A stretch of 61,654 nt of DNA, the filler included, from Bipalium vagum (lineage: Eukaryota): the NCBI GenBank assembly GCA_037834085.1. It is 3 parts of 3 records of this genome, joined end to end, with 100 filler letters (N's around TTAATTAATTAA, not from the genome) between each part and the next. Parts side by side here need not be neighbours in the genome. Positions count along the whole stretch, not along the records: positions 45,381 to 61,654 come from JBBMKC010118870.1; 2 more parts are not named here. One strand, 5' to 3'. This document shows, piece after piece, positions 53,340 to 61,654 of the stretch. The translations under genes and the position numbers were made by a program. Positions within the stretch are counted from its first letter, which is position 1; each line of letters begins with the position of its first letter. A model generated the notes under the pieces. That model was not told the DNA's origin, did not search any database, and saw only the letters and a program-made list of their open reading frames with translations.

Positions 53340-55470
53340 AGTTAGCAGATTAATGCCGGAGACAATCTGAAAAATTCATTGAGACAGTGAGATTTTTTGA
53401 CGCATCTAAAATGGACAAAAACATGAGAGATCATGATTAAAGCCTTATTGGACAGAGATCTCATTGAAATTTACGAAAAAACTGAAAAAGAATTCATTTG
53501 AATCAAGGATAGTTTCCGTAAAGCATTTTGGAAGCCCGTCATTAATACAAGAAATAGAAGCTCTGCTATGCAAGAAAAGCTCACAAGATGCTGACACAAT
53601 CAGAAAAGAGTGAAAGGATGGTCAAAAGAATTCTAACACACCATTTGAGCGAGGAAGCCATGAGGAAAGAATTCTTGTTACATAGTGCAGAGTACGTGAA
53701 ATTAAAAAGAGAGGTTAAAATGAAAAAAATAGAAGACATCCATGAGGAAAAAGTTGTCTGATTTTTGAAAAAGAAAACTCCTGTTAAAAAGAAAGAAGAG
53801 CATGATTCAGATCAAAGGCTGATGACGATCGAAGAATACCAACATGAAGGAATATCGTTTGATAAAATGCAAGACAGACTAAGTTTGATATTGATAATAC
53901 AGGATAAAAATATTTAATACGTGCTTGACACTGGAGCAAGAGTAAAGGTTGTGAGAATGAAGACATTGGAAGAACTGAAAAGAATAACTCTAGCCAGATG
54001 TAATGAAAATTTACGGTGTGTGAATGATAGCGAAATGAAGGTGAAAAAACGATAGAAATAGAAGTACAATTGGGGAATATTAGCAGAATGATAATTTTTT
54101 AGTTGTGGATAAAATAACACCGAGGACATAGAACTACAGGAAAAATGTATTGAAGATAAACTAATCTTGTGTGGAGGATAACAGTTTTAACGTATGCAAT
54201 ATATCTAAGCAAAATTTGGAAGAAATGCACACAAGAAAGAGAGATTTCGAAAAGCTTTGGCATATCTAAACGTGACGGAGGGATATAGACTAGTAAAAGA
54301 ATTCAGAAAATGCGTATGCATTTATGGCAGATAAATGGGATATCGGATGCACAAGACTACTTAAAAATAGAATAGTCACAAGAGAAGATCCAATGTTAAG
54401 CCATGGAGGCAAACAATGCATCTTGAAGACAAGATTAATGAAGTAATTGATAATTTATACGAATAACATCATCAAGAAGTGTATCTTGACCTGGAACACA
54501 CCGCTGATATGTGTGTGGAAGAAAGAAAAGAAGGACATTAGATTCTGGCTAGATTTTTTACTACTAAACTGATACGAAAAGACAGGTCTTCCCCATGCCG
54601 AATATATATGAGATGTTGGACAGACTAAATGAAGCCGCTTATTTCAGCTCTATCGACCTCGGGCAGGTAGAATTGGATGAAGAATTAAAGGAGAAGACAG
54701 CATTCTCGACGAAAACAGGACAGTTCTGTTTCAATCGCATGCCGTACGGAATCGCTGCAGTCTTTGCAACTTTCATCAACGTTTCATCAAGGGTTACGTA
54801 AACAAGGCATTAGAGGAACTTTGTGGCCGAATCAGATAATAACTAATTTTGACATAATCATATAGTACAGCCTTCTTACAGATGGAAACAGTCCTTACCA
54901 ATCCGACATATATATAAAACATGATAATTACGGACAGATCACAAGGATAATTACATTAATGATAATGTTAAAAAAACCAATCACTCCACAGTTCCAAACT
55001 TGGATAAATTATTTAAACGGCTTTGATGTGAAATTAGAATACAGAAAGGGAGCAAGTCATGTACAGTGTTTCTCAAAGTTATATTTATATTTTTTCAAAG
55101 TTATATTTACATCATTTCAAAAGTAATTTTTTTGTTTAGATATATCGAATTTCATTTATTTTTTGATAAAATGTGAAAAAAAGGATATACAGAGTGAAGT
55201 TTTTGAAAAAATAAACTTGAAGAGACAGAGGAGACCCTGAAATCGAAAGAAGCCCTGGAAGAACAATGAGGAAGTATTGGTCATGATTGAAAATAAAACG
55301 AAAGACGGTGACAGATTTGAGGGCCCATTCCAGGACATAAAAAAGATACACGATCTGAGATACGAACTACGAAATCAAAAAAGAAAAATGATTCAAAGAA
55401 ATGTATAAAAGATTAAGATTAAGATTAATGGAGGGAATGTGAGGAGAATAAATAAAATCAAAAAATCAAT
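53340..55470 (+). mobile_element. Ty3/gypsy element remnant (gag-PR-RT-RH, integrase C-terminus, PPT and LTR start)
   Basis: VLDTGARVK, MPNIYEMLDRL..EKTAFSTKTGQFCFNRMPYG, RTDHK..FQTWINYL..LEYRKGASH, RFEGPF, then purine tract GGAGGGAA|TGT at about 55430-55440. Related to 10250-12140. Confidence 0.88.
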
Positions 55471-55619
55471 TTAAAATTATTTTATTGTTATAAATAATGC
55501 GATTTTCGGTAAATAATTTGTTTTTAAATACACTTTTTGAAGTCGTCTTTAATTGTTATGATTTTAGATATCAAAAGTAAAATCTGAGTATGTAACAGAA
55601 GCAATAATTAATTCATTTA

Positions 55620-56117
55620 ACCATTGTGGCATTCAAAAGGACTTATCTAAATGATGAGCAAGAGTTAAATCAGCTAACTATTGAAATAGAAATAAGTGAA
55701 AATTTATTGATTGAAGGAATATTGCTGTTTCATACAAGTAAAAAATACTTGGAAGACATTTTATTAAATCCAATTAGAGATGGCAGAAAACATAAAGATA
55801 ATGTTTCCAACTTACCTATTATTCCGTCCATCTCTGAAGATAAACAAGCATTAGAATTAGTAAAATTAAAACAGCATATTTGAACATCGAATAAATAGAT
55901 TCAAAGATATAGCCTTGGATAAATATTTTCAAAAAAAAAGAAATGACAAATTATTTATAAATTCTTTTTAGTCATGTAATTTTTTTGATTAACCTATTAC
56001 AATGAACATCTTTGTAATTTAACCTTTGTAGAATGAAAGCCTCTTGTAAATGAACACTTGTTACTTTGAGCATTTTTAGTATAAACCAAGATGTGTTCAA
56101 TGTAGCATGGTTCACTG
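55620..56117 (+). mobile_element. pogo/Tigger 3' end remnant
   Basis: Acidic C-terminal-like ORF ending in TIR ..GGTTCACTG|TA. Confidence 0.45.
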
Positions 56118-58379
56118 TAAAAACAATTTATTTAAAAGAAATTAAACAGTTACTAAAAAAACTAATTCAATTAATCCTAATAAATTTATTTACTAAAAAT
56201 AAATTACGTATACATCTTAATAATATAAATTAAAATTAGTAAAATTTTTGCAGTCTAATTTCGAAATCAAAATCTAGGTTAATGAAACAGATTTAAGACA
56301 CCACAACAAAAGTTCTCTCATAACGATAATGGAATTAGAATGCGGAATTGAACATTAGAATTTGACATTGTGTTAACAGTTCAGTACAGCATTCCGGTCA
56401 AATTTCCTAACTCAGTGATATTTAAACTGACTAAATCGATATTAGGCTTCAAATAGAATAATAAAAAAAAATCTCAAACTTAAAAGATTCTATGGAAATT
56501 GGTTCATTGTGAAATTGATATCTGTAAATTATTCAGCTACCTATCTTAATCAAAAAAATCATTTTGATTTATCAGGAGATTCGTTATTTTCTTTATATCA
56601 CTCGTTCCAAAAATGTAAGTTTATTAGTACTTATTTTCATATTTAATATCATATATCATAATATTTTCATACTTAATCTCATTAAATAATTGAAGGGCTC
56701 ACACACTTTACCACCTGAGAAACAGATCAAATTTTTGTACCTTATATACTAGCCACAGTTCTCAACACTAGATGGAAAACTATCTTTTAAGACAACCTGT
56801 ATAAAGGCTACACTAAAGAAATATTGAATATTTAGAAAGGCTTAAGTATTTTGAGTTTTGAAGCAAAATATCATATTGATTAGAAATTAGTCAAAATAAC
56901 CAATAATAAATTCTAAGTACCAAATATTTTTAATTTACATTTTATTAATTAGTTTCCAATACTAGAGGACAATAATCAGTAAAAATATAATACTAATGAT
57001 CAAAAAATCAATTTTGTAAAAGTGAAATAGTTACAAATCTATAAACATTATAACATAAAAATAAGTTCAGAAAATTACACAAAAACTAGTACCACTAGTA
57101 AATTTACAAAATGTATAAGTATAGTCACAAAAAAAGCTGTTCAAAAATAATAAAGGAATTACAATTTTCACTTTAAATTTTCAAACTACTTCACAACAAA
57201 CATACTAGACAAACTAAAAGGCAAAATCAATGAAATTAATATATATTCTTTAATTTCGAGTGTATTGTTATTAAATACTGAAATTAGTATCTGAAATTAA
57301 CATAAGTCTTTATTTTTAAATAATATCTTTCAAGTCATAAGTTCCAGAATTATGAACACTATTTGGTACCTAAAGTTTTGAATCAGGTTTTAGATGTAAA
57401 TTATAGAAATTTTAACAAAAAAACTTTAAAATAAAAAAAAATACTAAAAATAGAATTCTATTTTTGATTAAAGATAATTTGAAATTTAGGGAGAATTCTT
57501 ATTTTTAAATAATTTATAATAATTTTCATATTCCAAAATGAATTATGAAAGAGTTAAAGTTAAATATTATAGAGATAAAATAACAAATTTCATAATAATA
57601 ATACTAAATTATTTTAGATGCCAATTTTTTATAATTTATTATTATTTACTTAACAATAACATAGAAATTACATTAAATGTCACTAAAATAACAAAACATG
57701 TGAAATAACAAATGTAAAATAATAATTCGATACATACTTTTTATCCTCTGTAGAAACTGGTCTTTAGTTAACTTAATTAAATTATTAACATAATATTAAT
57801 TTTTTAAACAAACACCTGAAAATATTTAACTGTTCAAAGTAATATATAAGTAAATTTTTAATTGTATAATTAAAATTTTTCAGTTTCAAACCTTTACCAA
57901 ATGTGTGTGAAATAATTAATTATAACTATTTTCAATAAAAACTGTCCAATACTACGAATACTATTATGAAATAAAAATTATTATTCTAAATAATAAATCT
58001 TTGATTGCAATTTATTTTAAAATATGAGATTAGAAATAAAAATAGGTTTATAACCACTTATTTTAATAAATTGCATTGGATTTGGTACATGCTGTTTAAT
58101 CAATCTAATTTAATCAGATACCTATAATTTTTGTGCGCACTACTTAAAAAGGTACATAAATAATTCATGAATAATAAGTAGTCAAACATGTTTATTTTTC
58201 GTTTTTTGGGAGGCATGATTTTCAAAAAAAGTAAAAAAATACAGAAAGTAATTTTTATTAAAGTATTCAAGAGGTCACTGTAAAAACCATTCATTTATTT
58301 AATACATTAAAATCGTCTGTTATTTTTCTTTTTTCCCTAATTTTGAACATGAAATATTTATCATATTCTTTAAGAACAG

Positions 58380-58968
58380 ACTGTTTAATTGTTCGGTAGT
58401 CACATCAACACATGTTTTGAATGTTGATAATTCAAATATGAGATCATTTTCAAATATAAAACCATCTACAAATTCCACAGTTGAAGCAGCATACCCTAAA
58501 CCAAGTTGATTTATCTCAGAATCTAAAGATACATTATTGTCACTGCATTGTATGGATAGTTCAGTCTTTATATTTAGTTTAAAATCATGGTCAGCATTTT
58601 CCCAGCAAATTACGATGGTTTGTTTTGAAACTTCTTTCCAGGCCCAGCTGCAAAATTTAATACAATCTAGGATTGTGAAACTTGAAAATATTACATAATA
58701 ATATTTCTCGTATTAATTGAGAAACATTGATATGAGCCAGTGGAAATATTTCGATTTAAAACTTATTCCTTTTTCTATTGGTTGTGTGATGGATGTTGAG
58801 TTGTGTGGAAAAAAGACAATTTCGATATGCCTGGGTTCAAATTTCATTTTATGTTCTGGACAAATATCACATATTAATATAACTTTCGTTTTAAACAAAA
58901 CAATTCTACATCTAATTCCATTGTCTATTCATTAAAAATTTTTCCTATCATCCATACAGTGTTATTAT
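58380..58968 (-). mobile_element. pogo/Tigger DDE remnant, interrupted by the hAT element
   Basis: NNTVWM, VILICDICPEH, IVFFPHNSTSITQPIEKG, TILDCIKFCSWAWKEVSKQTIVICW. Confidence 0.82.
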
Positions 58969-60696
58969 TAGGGAAACCAAAAATATGCATTTATGAATTA
59001 AGAAATATTCATTTATGCCGTTAAAATATGCATTTGTAAAATTAGAAGTCAAAACAACACCTTATGTTTATATTATTAAGAATTTACGACAAACTGCTTT
59101 CGTCAGTTTCTTCTTGAAAGTCATCGAAGTTATTAAAATATAAAAACATATATGCTGCAATGCTTGAAGTGCCAAAAGTTCTATCTTTTGCAAGAAGTTT
59201 TCTAAGCATAGAAAAGCTTCGTTCAACAGTGGTAGATACTGATGGACATCCATTTAATAAGATATATAAATGGGGATTTATCGATGAGTCATTGACTTCT
59301 GCAATTTTTTTTATAAATCTGATGCAAGTAATCTTTGTCCAATATATTTCTTTTTTTCAACAGGATCATTGCCAAAATGTAATTCATTGATATATCTGTA
59401 TCTTTAATTGTCCCACATTTTGAATTGAGAATCGGAATTATCTTTGTCAAATGGGAATATTGTGAACTGATATCATATAGATCTTTTGTTAAAGATTGCT
59501 TTTGAAAGCGGCACATGCTCTTGTGGAAATTATACCCTCAGTCAAGCATTCTTCGAGTACTATTCTTTTTACATCAATTAATTTTTTAGAATAATATTCA
59601 CATGCATCTAACCACATTCTCCATCTAGTTGGAATAACAGCAGATGGTTGCCCTATTTGAGCAAATTTACTACTGATAGTTTTGCTTTTAATTGTCAATG
59701 CTTTCCCTCTGCATATTAGTTCATCAATCTCAGTGTAATATGATTTTATCCTCATAGCTACATTATGTATCATATGAGCAGTACAAGTTACATGAAAAGA
59801 TGTCTTTATGATTCTTTTAATATAGAAGCAGCTTTGACCATATATGTAGCCGCGTCGGATATTAGCAAATTAAAATCATCAACATTAATATCAATTTCAA
59901 TAATAATAACTATAATTATTCTTACAATAATTCCAGAATTATTCGAGCTTTCCAGTATAATCGTTTTATATAAAAAATGCTCAAATGGATTTTACAATAA
60001 GCCAATAATTACATTACAAAATTTAAAACCTTTTACTTCAGCTTCGTCTATTATTAAAAATATTTTCTTTGGGTAATTTTAAATTTTAAACCCGTTTTCC
60101 TAGACCAATAAATATCAATAATATATTAAGATTCGGATGAACTTGATTGCCCCAAAAACATAAATAAATCTATAATTGCGGAATTTCTCAGTTTTTTAAA
60201 GGAATATCGGCAGCTAGAAGCAATTCAGTAATTTTCATGGATAGAGATGATGTAGGAAAATTGATCTGTTGTTGAATTTTTGAGCTTTTCATATCTTCTG
60301 CCAATTTTAAATGTTTTGACGTATTTAAATGTTGCACGTCTGATGATTTTCAATCATAGGAAATATACGAAACACATATTTGACAGAATTTGTTATCAAA
60401 TGATTATTTTGAAATTCGTTTAATATAATTTTGAGTCTTTTGTACTTTGTTTTTGATATCTTAAACATTTTATTTGGGATAATAAAACAAAATTTAAATA
60501 TTTATCATTGCTAAGTTAATGATAGGCACTAAATAATAAATGATAAATAATTTAATAATAAAACTGAAAAAACTAAATATTTAAAATAATTTTACATTGG
60601 AAGTTTTAAATGAATTAAAAAATCAAAAATGCATATATAAATGCATTTTTGGTAAATTTGGAATAATATGCATTTTTATGCAAATTGGTCGCCCTA
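58969..60696 (-). mobile_element. hAT transposon (CGGBP-related type), full length, disrupted transposase
   Basis: TIRs TAGGGAAACCAA and TAGGGCGACCAA. TSD GTTATTAT / GTTAATAT (7/8). Motifs: C2H2-like CQIC..QHLNTSKH, FLAADIPLKKL, IIDE, ISDAATYM, TCTAHMIHNVA, TRW..WL, VERSFS. Confidence 0.92.
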
Positions 60697-61587
60697 GTTA
60701 ATATATATTGTAAATGAACTCATTACATTTAGTAATATAGTTGGAATAAAAAACATTTTGTTACTATTCTTCTTAATCTAAATTTTGTAACTTTAGCTCG
60801 AATTCACTGACTCCTCAAATAATTTCAGACTTCTAATTAGACATAATTAAAGGAAATTTTCTCTTGAAAAAAATGTTTATTTTTTAATTAATAAAACTGC
60901 TAATTAGAATTTTTATTATTACTTATTATTAATAATTATAATCATGCAATTATTAACAAAAAATACAATTAACGAAAATTATCATTGCCATAAAATCTTG
61001 AGCTTCCGTACGATATCGTAATGATTTCACTGACAAATCTGGTCCCAAATATTGAAAATTGAATTATCTACAAATATTTTATAATGTTAATTATTATGTT
61101 TTATTTTATGTATATCCCACATGTTGAGTCAAACCAAATAACAAAAGTAAATGATCAATATTTTATTTATGCATTAATTTATTTCTGAAATACGTTGGAT
61201 ATTTTTTTGACTGAAACTTAATATTCCAAATAGAAACTTTTTCATTTTAATAAAGATAAAGTTTAAATGATATGTTTGATTGGTTTTTACTATCTAAAAA
61301 GTATTTTCATTGATTTCCCACAAAAATCGTAATTGATTTTTGATGTTACCTTATTTATCTCAATATATATTGGTATACTCTGATCCCTCTAATATTCAAT
61401 TAATTCATTCCCGATTGTCTGTTACTAAGAAATTATTAGAGATTCAAGGAATATTTCAGATAATAAAGTTTAGTGCACAATTCTAAAACTACTTTTGTTT
61501 CACTAATTACTTTCACTTAATCGAATTCACAATTTTTCATTTTCTAAAAATATGAATTCAAGTCCAAAGGTTTTATTATTTGTTGAG

Positions 61588-61588
<1 letters not shown>

Positions 61589-61654
<66 letters not shown>
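61589..61654. repeat. (TAA)n microsatellite
   Basis: Perfect repeat running to the window end. Confidence 0.98.

Overview
AT-rich eukaryotic genomic DNA with short GT-AG introns of 38-51 nt. A triclad flatworm or similar invertebrate is a plausible source, but this is inference only. The window has three N gaps; two contain a synthetic TTAATTAATTAA linker, so adjacency across them is not assured. It is mostly decayed transposons: two NeSL/R5-type RLE non-LTR retrotransposons with Ulp1-like protease remnants, four Ty3/gypsy remnants, several Tc1, mariner and pogo/Tigger remnants, a Merlin remnant, and a full-length CGGBP-type hAT with TIRs and an 8-bp TSD. Host-derived content lies mainly in the first 25 kb: an apparently intact two-exon Ly6/three-finger gene, at least five disrupted copies of a rhodopsin-like GPCR family with a long ectodomain, an intronless prefoldin-5 pseudogene, and a tRNA-Ala-like sequence. 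The most notable signal is that one Ulp1-carrying RLE retrotransposon ends exactly at the T-loop of a tRNA-Ala-like sequence. An uninterrupted copy of that sequence sits about 6 kb away, inside an insertion that splits a gypsy RT. This suggests a tRNA-Ala-targeting site-specific retrotransposon whose target may itself be mobile.
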